DNA from: Bacillota bacterium
GTDB lineage: Bacteria > Bacillota > Sulfobacillia > JAMDAP01
DNA: 56,044 nucleotides
Assembly: GCA_050260815.1 (NCBI GenBank)
Contig: JBLNCQ010000114.1
Location: 1 to 56,044, forward strand
Direction of reading: 5' to 3'
Part shown: piece after piece, positions 28,262-35,997 of the stretch
Layout of the letters: each line of letters starts with the position of its first letter
Numbering within the stretch: position 1 is the stretch's first letter
Translations under genes and position numbers: made by a program
The notes under the pieces: model-generated
What the model was told of the DNA's origin: nothing
Seen by the model: only the letters and a program-made list of their open reading frames with translations
Databases searched by the model: none

Positions 28262-28334
28262 AAAGGTTTCCGAGGTGCCACAGCGGGCCATACCAGGCTC
28301 CGCACGACACGGCGGGCCGGGCCGCCGCACGCAC

Positions 28335-29138
28335 CTACGCCAGGACGGCCCTGTCATAGCTGAAGGCCACGCCCCGCACCCGCTCAAACTCCGAGCGGAG
28401 CCCGCCCACGGTGAGGGAGGCCTTCTGCTGGCCCCTCACGTCCAGAACCACCTGGCCTTCGTGCATCATGATCAGCCGGTGGCCCAAGGAGATGGCCTGG
28501 TCCAGGTTGTGGGTCACCATCAGGGTGGTGAGCGCAAGCTCCTCCGCCAGCCGGGAGGTCATCTCCACCACCCGCTCGGCCGTGGCCGGGTCAAGCGCCG
28601 CCGTGTGCTCGTCAAGGAGCAGCACCTGCGGCCGGGCCAGGGTGGCCATCAGCAGCGTCAGGGCCTGCCGCTGCCCGCCGGAGAGCAACCCCACGCGGGC
28701 GCCCAGCCGGTCTTCGAGGCCCAGGCCCAGCACCGCCACACGCTCGCGGAGCCAGGCGCGCCGCCGGGCACCCAGCAGGGGACCCAGCCCCCGGCGCATG
28801 CCGCGCTCCGCCGCCAACGACAGGTTCTCCTCTACCGTCATGTGGGGGGCCGTGCCCTGGAGAGGATTCTGAAAGACCCTACCTACCAGCCGGGCGCGGC
28901 GGTGCTCAGGCAGCCGCGTCACGTCTCTGCCGTCGATCAGGACCCGCCCGCCGTCAGGCGCGTAGGTGCCGGCCACAGCGCCCAGGAGCGTGGACTTGCC
29001 GGCACCGTTGGAACCCACCAGGCAGGCGAACTCGCCGGGACCCAGGTGCAGGGAGACGCCGCGCAGAGCGGGCTTCTCCACCGGGGTGCCGCGGCCGAAG
29101 GTGTGGGTCAGGTTCACCAGTTCCAGCATGGGTCGCAC
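28335..29138 (-). CDS. ABC transporter ATP-binding protein
   Basis: GSNGAGKST (Walker A), LSGGQRQAL (signature), LLLDEHTAALD (Walker B). Confidence 0.9.
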   Translation of the reverse strand: MRPMLELVNLTHTFGRGTPVEKPALRGVSLHLGPGEFACLVGSNGAGKSTLLGAVAGTYAPDGGRVLIDGRDVTRLPEHRRARLVGRVFQNPLQGTAPHMTVEENLSLAAERGMRRGLGPLLGARRRAWLRERVAVLGLGLEDRLGARVGLLSGGQRQALTLLMATLARPQVLLLDEHTAALDPATAERVVEMTSRLAEELALTTLMVTHNLDQAISLGHRLIMMHEGQVVLDVRGQQKASLTVGGLRSEFERVRGVAFSYDRAVLA

Positions 29139-29163
29139 TCCTTTTTGGGCCAGAACCCCGGGG

Positions 29164-30045
29164 CTACGCCGGGAGCCGCAGAACGCGCTTGAGGCGGGGC
29201 GTGGCCAGGGCCAGGATCACCAGCAGGGCCGTCATCAGCTTGAGGTCGGTGGGCGCGAACCCCACCCGCAGGGCGCCGAACACCGCCAGGCGGTAGACCA
29301 CGGAGCCGGCCACGACCCCTGCCAGGGCCCGTCCCACGGTGGCGTCGCCCACCAGCACCTCGCCCACAATGACCGAGGCCAGCCCGGCCACAATGGTCCC
29401 AATACCCATGCCCACGTCCGCAAACCCCTGGTACTGTGCCACCAGGGCGCCGGACAGGGCCACCAGCCCGTTGCTCAGGGCCAGGCCCAGGACCTTGGCC
29501 AGGTCCGTGTCCACGCCCAGGCTGCGGATCATGTCCTCGTTATCCCCCAGGGCCCTCAGGGCGGAGCCCAGGCTGGTGCGAAGGAACCACCACAGGACAA
29601 AGGCCAGGGCCAGGGCTGCCGCCGCCAGGAACAGCAGCACGGCGTAGTCACCGCCCAGGGCCCGCTCCTGTACCAGGCTCACCACCGTGGTCCGGCGCAG
29701 CAGCTGAACGTTGGCCCGTCCCATCACCCGGAGGTTGATGGAGTAGAGGGCGGTCATGGTCAGGATGCCGGCCAGCAGCGGGGCAATGCGTGCTTTGGTG
29801 GCCAGAAACGCCGTGGCGCCGCCGGCCAGAAGGCCCGCCCCAAACCCGGCCAGGGTGGCCAGAGCGGGGTTCACTCCGGTCACCAGCAGGGTGGCGGCAA
29901 CCGCCCCGCCAAGGGGAAAGCTGCCGTCCACCGTCAGGTCGGCGAAGTTCAGGACGCGAAAGCTGAGGTACACCCCCAGCACCATGATGCCGTAGGCCAG
30001 CCCCTGCTCCAGAGGTCCGGCCAGAAGCGCCGCCAGTTCAGCCAC
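29164..30045 (-). CDS. ABC transporter permease
   Basis: Polytopic membrane protein between the binding protein and the ATPase. Start and stop abut the binding-protein gene. Confidence 0.85.
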   Translation of the reverse strand: MAELAALLAGPLEQGLAYGIMVLGVYLSFRVLNFADLTVDGSFPLGGAVAATLLVTGVNPALATLAGFGAGLLAGGATAFLATKARIAPLLAGILTMTALYSINLRVMGRANVQLLRRTTVVSLVQERALGGDYAVLLFLAAAALALAFVLWWFLRTSLGSALRALGDNEDMIRSLGVDTDLAKVLGLALSNGLVALSGALVAQYQGFADVGMGIGTIVAGLASVIVGEVLVGDATVGRALAGVVAGSVVYRLAVFGALRVGFAPTDLKLMTALLVILALATPRLKRVLRLPA

Positions 30046-31067
30046 TACTGCAGGACCTCCGCCTGATCCAGAATGGCCTGCGGGATCAGCATGCCAATGG
30101 CCTTGGCGGCCTTGCCGTTGACCACCACCGCATACTCCTTCTGCGACTCCACGGGCAGGTCGGCGGGCTTCTTGCCCTGGAGCACCTGGATGGCCATCTC
30201 GCCCGTCTGCCGGCCCAGCTTGTAGTAGTCAATGCCAATGGTGGCCAGGCCGCCGGCATCCACCACGGACCGCTCACCGGCGATGACGGGGAGCTTGGCC
30301 TTCTCCGCCACCTGGATGACGGCGGCGGCGGCGCTCACCACCGTGTTGTCCGTGGGCACGTAGATGGCATCCACCCGGTCGACCAGCGACTGGGTCGCCT
30401 GGGAGACGTCGTTGGTGTTGGCCACCGTGGCTTCCACCACCTCAAGGCCGAGGCCCTGCGCCGCCTCCTTGACCATCTTCACCTGCACGCCCGAATTGAC
30501 CTCGCCGGCGTTGTAGATGACGCCGATCTTCTTGGCCCCAGGCACCAGCTGCTTCAGGAGTTCGATTTGCTTGTCGACCGGGTTCATGTCCGTGGTCCCG
30601 GTGACGTTGGTGCCGGGCTGATTCAGGCTCTTCACCAGGCCGGCCGTAACCGGATCCGTGACGGCGGTGATGAGAATGGGGATGTCGGCGGTGGCCTTGG
30701 CGGCCGCCTGGGCCGTGGGCGTGGCGATAGCCAGGATGAGGTCATCCTTGTCGGCCACGAACTTCTCCGCAATCGTCTGGGCCGTGGGCATCTCGCCCTG
30801 GGCATTCTGGTAATCGTACGTAACCTTGTCGCCCCAGCCCTTCTCGTTCAGCACGTCCTGGAACCCCTTGCGGGCCGCGTCCAGGGCCGGGTGTTCCGCA
30901 ATCTGGGTAATGCCGATCCGGAACTTCTTGGCCTCACCGGCCGGCGGTGACTGACCCGCGTCCGCCGGTTTGCCTGAGGTTGCGGCGCTGCCGGCGCATC
31001 CGGCGAGCAGAGCCGCCAGGAGTGGTACCACGATTGCCATGAGCCACCCGCGTCGGATTCGTTCCAT
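30045..31067 (-). CDS. ABC transporter substrate-binding lipoprotein (PF04392/ABC_sub_bind, TrpX-like family)
   Basis: Lipobox LLAGCAGS. FRIGITQIAEHPALDAARKGF is typical of this family. ATG 31067 follows GGGGGAGAA. Confidence 0.85.
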   Translation of the reverse strand: MERIRRGWLMAIVVPLLAALLAGCAGSAATSGKPADAGQSPPAGEAKKFRIGITQIAEHPALDAARKGFQDVLNEKGWGDKVTYDYQNAQGEMPTAQTIAEKFVADKDDLILAIATPTAQAAAKATADIPILITAVTDPVTAGLVKSLNQPGTNVTGTTDMNPVDKQIELLKQLVPGAKKIGVIYNAGEVNSGVQVKMVKEAAQGLGLEVVEATVANTNDVSQATQSLVDRVDAIYVPTDNTVVSAAAAVIQVAEKAKLPVIAGERSVVDAGGLATIGIDYYKLGRQTGEMAIQVLQGKKPADLPVESQKEYAVVVNGKAAKAIGMLIPQAILDQAEVLQ

Positions 31068-31157
31068 CCTGTTCTCCCCCACTCGTTGTCTCGGGTGCGG
31101 CCTGTGAGGCCGTCCGGGCTAGGCGGTGGACAGGCGGCTCAGGTTGGACCAGGCCCG

Positions 31158-31191
31158 AAGAAACAAAAAGAGCACTCTGGGCAGAGTGCTC
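31158..31191 (-). terminator. Leader (attenuator) terminator upstream of the ABC importer
   Basis: Minus strand GAGCACUCUG-CC-CAGAGUGCUC followed by UUUUUGUUUCUU, about 90 nt upstream of the binding-protein start. Confidence 0.7.
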
Positions 31192-31307
31192 CGGGCTGTA
31201 CCAAACCAAGGGCCACAGCGGTCCCCAACGTTTCGTCCCCGGACCAGCGGCTTTGTGAGAAGCCGCCGGGGCCGTCGTCAGGCCTTCCGCCGCAGTCTTG
31301 TCCCTTG

Positions 31308-31331
31308 CCAGCCTACCATCCTGCCATCCTA
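31308..31331 (-). repeat. Three tandem 8-nt NAGGMUGG units in the leader RNA (candidate HutP-type binding site)
   Basis: Minus strand UAGGAUGG CAGGAUGG UAGGCUGG, flanked by the degenerate units GGGAGGCG and CAAGGGAC. Confidence 0.5.
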
Positions 31332-31339
31332 CGCCTCCC

Positions 31340-31369
31340 ATCATACTGAACGACGTGAAGGGCAGTCAA
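31340..31369 (-). promoter_or_regulatory. Candidate promoter between the hutP-like gene and the leader
   Basis: Minus strand TTGACT, 18-nt spacer, TATGAT. Confidence 0.5.
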
Positions 31370-31419
31370 TGGCAAAGTTGGGAAAGTGTAAGGAAATGGC
31401 CCCGTGTCGCCTCAAATCG

Positions 31420-31878
31420 TCACCGCGGGGCCGAAGGACCCTCCGGCTGGTCGGGCACGGCTCTGTGTCCCAGGCCAATGGCCACCTCGTTGAAGTGAAG
31501 CAGCCCGATACCCAGGTACACGGCCACGGTGAGGTTCCAGCCGCGGCGCGCCAATCCGATCTTCCCGCCGACATTGAGTCCAAGGGCCTTGGGCAACACC
31601 TGAGAGAAGGCCTCCTTGGCAGCGCCCGCCACCGAGCCCTGCTCCGTGGGGGTGGCGGCGATGAGGCCCTCTCTTTCTGCGGCCACCACTGCCCGCTCCA
31701 CGCCTTTCTTCAGCAGCGTCATGTAGTCGCCGCCGTAGTCCACGGCCGCGCAGTGAATGCCCTCCCGGGCGTAGTCCGCTTTGAGAGCGGCCTCCTCGGC
31801 CCGGTCCTTCGTCAGAGCCAGGCGCGCCGCTGCACGGGCTACCTCCACCGTGACCGCCAGCGAATCATGAGACTCCAT
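31420..31878 (-). CDS. HutP-family RNA-binding antiterminator-like protein
   Basis: C-terminal WNLTVAVYLGIGLLHFNEVAIGLGHRAV parallels B. subtilis HutP DWIAVSLYGTIGAPIKGLEHETFGVGINHI. Size is about 150 aa from ATG 31878. Confidence 0.7.
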   Translation of the reverse strand: MESHDSLAVTVEVARAAARLALTKDRAEEAALKADYAREGIHCAAVDYGGDYMTLLKKGVERAVVAAEREGLIAATPTEQGSVAGAAKEAFSQVLPKALGLNVGGKIGLARRGWNLTVAVYLGIGLLHFNEVAIGLGHRAVPDQPEGPSAPR

Positions 31879-32050
31879 GGGACACCTCGCATCTGTCAGA
31901 GTGGATGGGGCGAGCACCCCGCCCCCAATTCCTTCGCCTTCCACCCCTGCACTCCTCCAGCGCGGCCGCGCCGGGGCGGAGGGCACGGAGACCTGTCCGA
32001 CGAATCCTAGTCAGGTGGCGCTGCAGCGCGCCCCAGCCGGAGGTGATTGC

Positions 32051-32635
32051 TTGGTCTCCCTGACGGAACTGTTCTGGACGTACTTCCGCATCGGACTCCT
32101 GGGGTTCGGCGGCCCGTTTTCGCTGGTGTCCATTCAGCAGAAGACCGCTGTGGACAGGAAGAAGTGGCTGACCGAGGCGGAATTCGCTGAGTGCATGGGC
32201 ATCGGCTCGCTGACCCCGGGCCCCATCTCCTCCGGCACGGCCGCGGTGACGGCTTACCGGGTACGGGGCGTCGCCGGAGCCGCCGTGGCCTACTTTGCCT
32301 TCCACCTGCCGGCGGTGGCGCTGGTCACCGTTCTGGCCGCCACCTGGCGCCAGGCGGTGGCGCTTCCCTGGGTGCAGGGCGCGCTGCGCGGCGTGGGCGC
32401 AGCGGTGGTTGGCGTGCTCTGCGGCGTGGCTCTGAATACCGGCCGGTCGCTGATTCGGGACCTGCGCTCGGGCCTGGTGGCCGGCGGTGCCACCCTGGCC
32501 CTGGCGGCCTTCGGCGTGAATCCGCTCCTGGTGATGGTGGCCGCCGCCCTGACCGGGGTGCTCCTGCTGCGTCCCGCGCGGCAGCCGTCACCCGGTGCTG
32601 CGCCGAACGGCGGCAGCGCGAAGGGAGGGCACTAG
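32051..32635 (+). CDS. chrA: Chromate transporter (CHR family) half-protein 1
   Basis: FFRIGLLGFGGPFSLVS, IGSLTPGPIS. TTG 32051 sits 7 nt after GGAGGTG. Confidence 0.8.
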   Translation: MVSLTELFWTYFRIGLLGFGGPFSLVSIQQKTAVDRKKWLTEAEFAECMGIGSLTPGPISSGTAAVTAYRVRGVAGAAVAYFAFHLPAVALVTVLAATWRQAVALPWVQGALRGVGAAVVGVLCGVALNTGRSLIRDLRSGLVAGGATLALAAFGVNPLLVMVAAALTGVLLLRPARQPSPGAAPNGGSAKGGH

Positions 32636-32637
32636 AC

Positions 32638-33162
32638 ATGCTCTCCACCCTGGCGTTGCTCTTCGTCACCACGTTTGGCATTGGCGCCCTGACCTTCGGC
32701 GGCGGCTACGCCATTCTGCCGGTGCTGCAGTACCAGTACGTCACCCGGCTGCACCTCCTGACCCCGCAAGAGTTTGCCACGGGCATCGTCATTGGCCAGG
32801 TGACTCCGGGACCTCTCACCACCATGGTAGCCTTTGTGGGATACCACATTGCCCATGTGCCCGGAGCCGTGGTGGCTTCGGTGGGCATCCTGCTGCCCGC
32901 CTTCCTGGCGGCGGTGGGCGTGGCCCGCATCTATCACCGCTTTCAGGACGTGTCCAGCGTCAAGGCGGCCCTCCGGGGCATCTCGCTGGCCGTGGTGGGC
33001 CTCCTGGTGGCAGCCATCATTCCGCTGGCCCGGGACATGGTGACCACGCTGTTCACCCTGGCCTTGGCCGTCCTGGGCTTTGCGGCCACAGGGCCCTGGC
33101 GCAAAGACCCGGTCTGGGTGCTGCTGGCATCGGGCGTTCTGGGAGCGTTCCTGCTGCGGTAG
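32638..33162 (+). CDS. chrA: Chromate transporter (CHR family) half-protein 2
   Basis: FGIGALTFGGGYAILPVL, IGQVTPGPLTT. Confidence 0.85.
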   Translation: MLSTLALLFVTTFGIGALTFGGGYAILPVLQYQYVTRLHLLTPQEFATGIVIGQVTPGPLTTMVAFVGYHIAHVPGAVVASVGILLPAFLAAVGVARIYHRFQDVSSVKAALRGISLAVVGLLVAAIIPLARDMVTTLFTLALAVLGFAATGPWRKDPVWVLLASGVLGAFLLR

Positions 33163-33175
33163 GCAGAGACAAGCC

Positions 33176-33207
33176 GGGAGGCACTGCCAGGTGCCCCCCT
33201 CTTTGTG
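33176..33207. terminator. Hairpin between convergent chrA-2 and the NYN gene
   Basis: GGGAGGCAC-ugccag-GUGCCCCCC (one A/C mismatch) followed by UCUUUGUG on the plus strand. Confidence 0.45.
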
Positions 33208-33224
33208 CCTATTCCGCTCGCGCT

Positions 33225-33893
33225 CTACACAAACAGGTTGTTGACGCGCGCCACCTGCTCGGGCTCCGGGTGCTCCACAATCTGGTGCATGGGCAGCACG
33301 TAGGTGCATTCCGCCTGCAGGTTCTGAGACGTCTTGGTCACGTGGACGCGGCCTGGACCGGTCTCATAGCTGAAGTCCCATCCCAGCAGCATCACGCGCG
33401 TGCCAATGCCGTTCAGCTTGCGAACCAGGGGCACGTAGTCGCCGTCGCAAGCCACCAGGGCAATAACGTCGAAGCGCTTGTGAACGGCCAGGTCATAGGC
33501 CTCCAGAGACAGCCAGACGTCGATGCCCTTCTCGTAGGGACGGCCGGTGCCTTCCTCGATGCTCACGGGGTACTCATGCTGAACAATGCCCGTCGACACC
33601 ACGATATCCTGAAAAGAACGCTCGCCCGTCATGCGGCGGAGCCGTTCGCTGTCGTCAGGGTAGCGCTCCTGCATGGTGGGGGTCAGGATGCGCCCGCGGA
33701 ACCAGTGCGACTCAACAATCTGGCAGGTACGCTCCTCAACGCGCTCCTGCGCGGCCGCCTCGGCCTTGATGAAGTTGTGGATGCCATCAAAGGACAGGCG
33801 CCTCTGCCGGGGGTGCTGATACCGGTAGTAGTCGGAGACCTTGCCGAAGTAGTTGCCGTCGTAGAAGATTGCGATGCGCGTCAGGTCGCCCAT
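33225..33893 (-). CDS. NYN/LabA-like domain protein (predicted RNase fold)
   Basis: RIAIFYDGNYF, EKGIDVWLSLEAYDLA, ALVACDGDYVPLVRKL match the NYN (PF01936) pattern. Confidence 0.75.
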   Translation of the reverse strand: MGDLTRIAIFYDGNYFGKVSDYYRYQHPRQRRLSFDGIHNFIKAEAAAQERVEERTCQIVESHWFRGRILTPTMQERYPDDSERLRRMTGERSFQDIVVSTGIVQHEYPVSIEEGTGRPYEKGIDVWLSLEAYDLAVHKRFDVIALVACDGDYVPLVRKLNGIGTRVMLLGWDFSYETGPGRVHVTKTSQNLQAECTYVLPMHQIVEHPEPEQVARVNNLFV

Positions 33894-34158
33894 GTAGGCA
33901 CATCCCCTAAAGTATTGTCCTCTGCTACTTCTGAAAGCAGCGGGGGAATCCCTGCACGAGTCGCCTCCACGCGGGCGGCGCTAGGGCCCCCGGAATAGGC
34001 GAAAGTCTCCAGCCTGGGAACGGTGGCGCACCCGGTGGCGCGAGGCTGGCTTCGAGGCACGGATGGCGCTTCCAAGAAACCCCCGGTCGCGCCCTCGCAG
34101 GTTGAGGGCAGGCCGGGAGTCTGCTATTGGTGCATCATGGAGCGGGTGGCACCGGGGC

Positions 34159-34764
34159 TCAATCCCCCTGAGCTTCGACACATCTTCGCACGGCATTCAA
34201 GAACCGGCTTAGGCTTGGACAAACCTCGGCAGCCCTTTGTGGATTCCAGACGCCGGATGCAAATTCAATGAGCATCGCGGTGTAAACTGGGCCAACCCTT
34301 GCTTCACTGTCTCGCGCCGGAACCATCTGGCGCTGAATCTCACGCGAGGTCGATAATCGCGCAAGGTCAATCATGACTTGCTTTGCATCCGGTAGAAGCT
34401 CTGGTTCCGGCGGTACTCTGCTCCTATCAACACGCATAAACCTGGCTATTCCTTCACGGTCGCCGAGAAGCCATGCTTCTACCTGATGGACCGCAACTCG
34501 GAAGCACATACCCCCGGATGGTTCGGGCAGCCACTTGGCTACCAAGGCCGGGGCGCAGGGCGTCTCTTGGTCTAGGTCCACGAGGACAACCCAAGGGGCA
34601 AGACGAGCTGCGTGGTTGTACGCCGAAATCCTGGCCCTAAGCCGTTCCTTACCCCTCTTGATGTGGACGGGCCCCGCTTCAACCCGTAACTCCTCAAGAA
34701 CACGCCGAACAACCGCCTCATCGACGGGGCCCTCCACGGCAATGGTGACCCGAGTAGTCGTCAT
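34159..34764 (-). CDS. TOPRIM/OLD-nuclease-like small protein (DUF4435/DUF4276/RloB-like)
   Basis: IAVEGPVDEAVV (E-G-x-x-D), VVLVDLDQE (DxD), VHQVEAWLLGD. The start lies 14 nt after the ATPase stop. Confidence 0.55.
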   Translation of the reverse strand: MTTTRVTIAVEGPVDEAVVRRVLEELRVEAGPVHIKRGKERLRARISAYNHAARLAPWVVLVDLDQETPCAPALVAKWLPEPSGGMCFRVAVHQVEAWLLGDREGIARFMRVDRSRVPPEPELLPDAKQVMIDLARLSTSREIQRQMVPARDSEARVGPVYTAMLIEFASGVWNPQRAAEVCPSLSRFLNAVRRCVEAQGD

Positions 34765-34778
34765 GTCACCAGGCCTCG

Positions 34779-35906
34779 CTATTCGCCGAAGAAGGTTAGT
34801 TGCTGGACTTGGGACGGTCTGGTTCTGGGAAGAACAGCTTCGGCCATAGTAGCCCCGCCCTCGAGGAGTGCGTGTATTTGTGCATCGTCCTTGCCAAGTT
34901 GAATCTCGGTGCCTTCCTTGGACGGTACAAGAAGAAGAACCTCTTCCGGACCGATGCCGTCGTCCTCAAGCAGGCTCGGACTATGGGTGCTTAATAGCAC
35001 CTGCCTAGGCTTTTTCGTAACCAGCCGTGATATCATCTGCGGGATGTAGCGAACCACTTCCGGATGTAATGACAATTCCGGCTCCTCCAGTAGCAAGGGG
35101 CCTGAGTCGTCGAGAAGTGCCCAAAGGAGACCCATTAAACGAAGTGTCCCGTCCGAAAGCTGGCTCTCGTTCTGCCAACCTGCGTTCGGTCGCCAATGTT
35201 CATACAAGCTGAGTAGGTGAGGCGTGCCTTTCTCGTCCTTCTTCAACTGAAGGTCGCGTAACTGCGGCACTGCAACTTTAAGGGCATCTCTGATCTTGGC
35301 CAACCTGGAACTGAGGACTCTTGGCTGTGTCTTGGCCAACTGCTCCAGGAAATCGCCGCCATAAGGGTCTGCTTGCCTTCCCACTGAACGGTCGGGGTCT
35401 CGAACCAGCTGTGGGACGATATGCAAATAGCGGGCCGAGGCCAAGAACTTGACTACTTCGCGGAACGGTTTGTTGACGTTGACCTGTTCGAGCGCGGTCG
35501 CAGTCATGCGAATCGGATCCGCTTCATCCTCCGGATCTGGGCGCTTCAGTAGGAGGGACCGCCCCTTCCAGACTTCTTCACGCGTCAAAACAGGGCGGCT
35601 CTGATTATCCTGGGTGAAGGCAATCACATACCGCCAAACCGTACTGTTGGTCTCTAGAGACACATCGATACTAACGTCTGGATACCTACGTGCAGCATAG
35701 GAGCGGAGTTTGGAGACTCCACCCCTGCTGCTAACTGCGTTCTGAAAACTGCCTCCGACCTTGGCGATTTCTTGAAGAAACCTGAACACGTCAAGGAAAT
35801 TCGACTTACCGGAAGCGTTGGGACCAACAAGGAAGACTCTCGGTGTTAGTGACGCGTGGACCCGCTTGAAATTCCGCCAGTTCTCCAGCTGAATTTCCCT
35901 GTACAT
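34779..35906 (-). CDS. ABC/SMC-type AAA ATPase (AAA_15/AAA_21-like)
   Basis: LVGPNASGKSNFLD (Walker A), QLSDGTLRL (signature-like), LLLLEEPELSLHP (Walker B), LLSTHSP (H-loop). Confidence 0.8.
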   Translation of the reverse strand: MYREIQLENWRNFKRVHASLTPRVFLVGPNASGKSNFLDVFRFLQEIAKVGGSFQNAVSSRGGVSKLRSYAARRYPDVSIDVSLETNSTVWRYVIAFTQDNQSRPVLTREEVWKGRSLLLKRPDPEDEADPIRMTATALEQVNVNKPFREVVKFLASARYLHIVPQLVRDPDRSVGRQADPYGGDFLEQLAKTQPRVLSSRLAKIRDALKVAVPQLRDLQLKKDEKGTPHLLSLYEHWRPNAGWQNESQLSDGTLRLMGLLWALLDDSGPLLLEEPELSLHPEVVRYIPQMISRLVTKKPRQVLLSTHSPSLLEDDGIGPEEVLLLVPSKEGTEIQLGKDDAQIHALLEGGATMAEAVLPRTRPSQVQQLTFFGE

Positions 35907-35997
35907 CAGTCATCTCTCTTCTCCTGAGTGCCGTTTCAGGTCATTCGGACGGAATATTCAACGACCGTAGGCGTCAAACCTTCACACACACGCTTCC

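Noticed and set aside
28054-28305. 83-aa minus-strand ORF with high GC3 in the large spacer.
   Set aside because: It spans the operon terminator hairpin, has no RBS at any plausible start, and I recognise no family. It is kept only as part of the unassigned-spacer finding.
31285-31294. GGGACAAGAC in the ABC leader, resembling the guanidine-III (ykkC-III) GGACAAGAC core.
   Set aside because: The pseudoknot partner strands and the ACGR elements of that motif are absent, and the gene context (amino-acid-type importer) does not fit.
34140-34185. tRNA T-arm-like sequence (CCGGGGCTCAATCCCCC) at the islet border, a possible integration-site remnant.
   Set aside because: No matching acceptor, D or anticodon arms lie upstream. 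The segment is the 3' end of the TOPRIM-like CDS (..VEAQGD stop).
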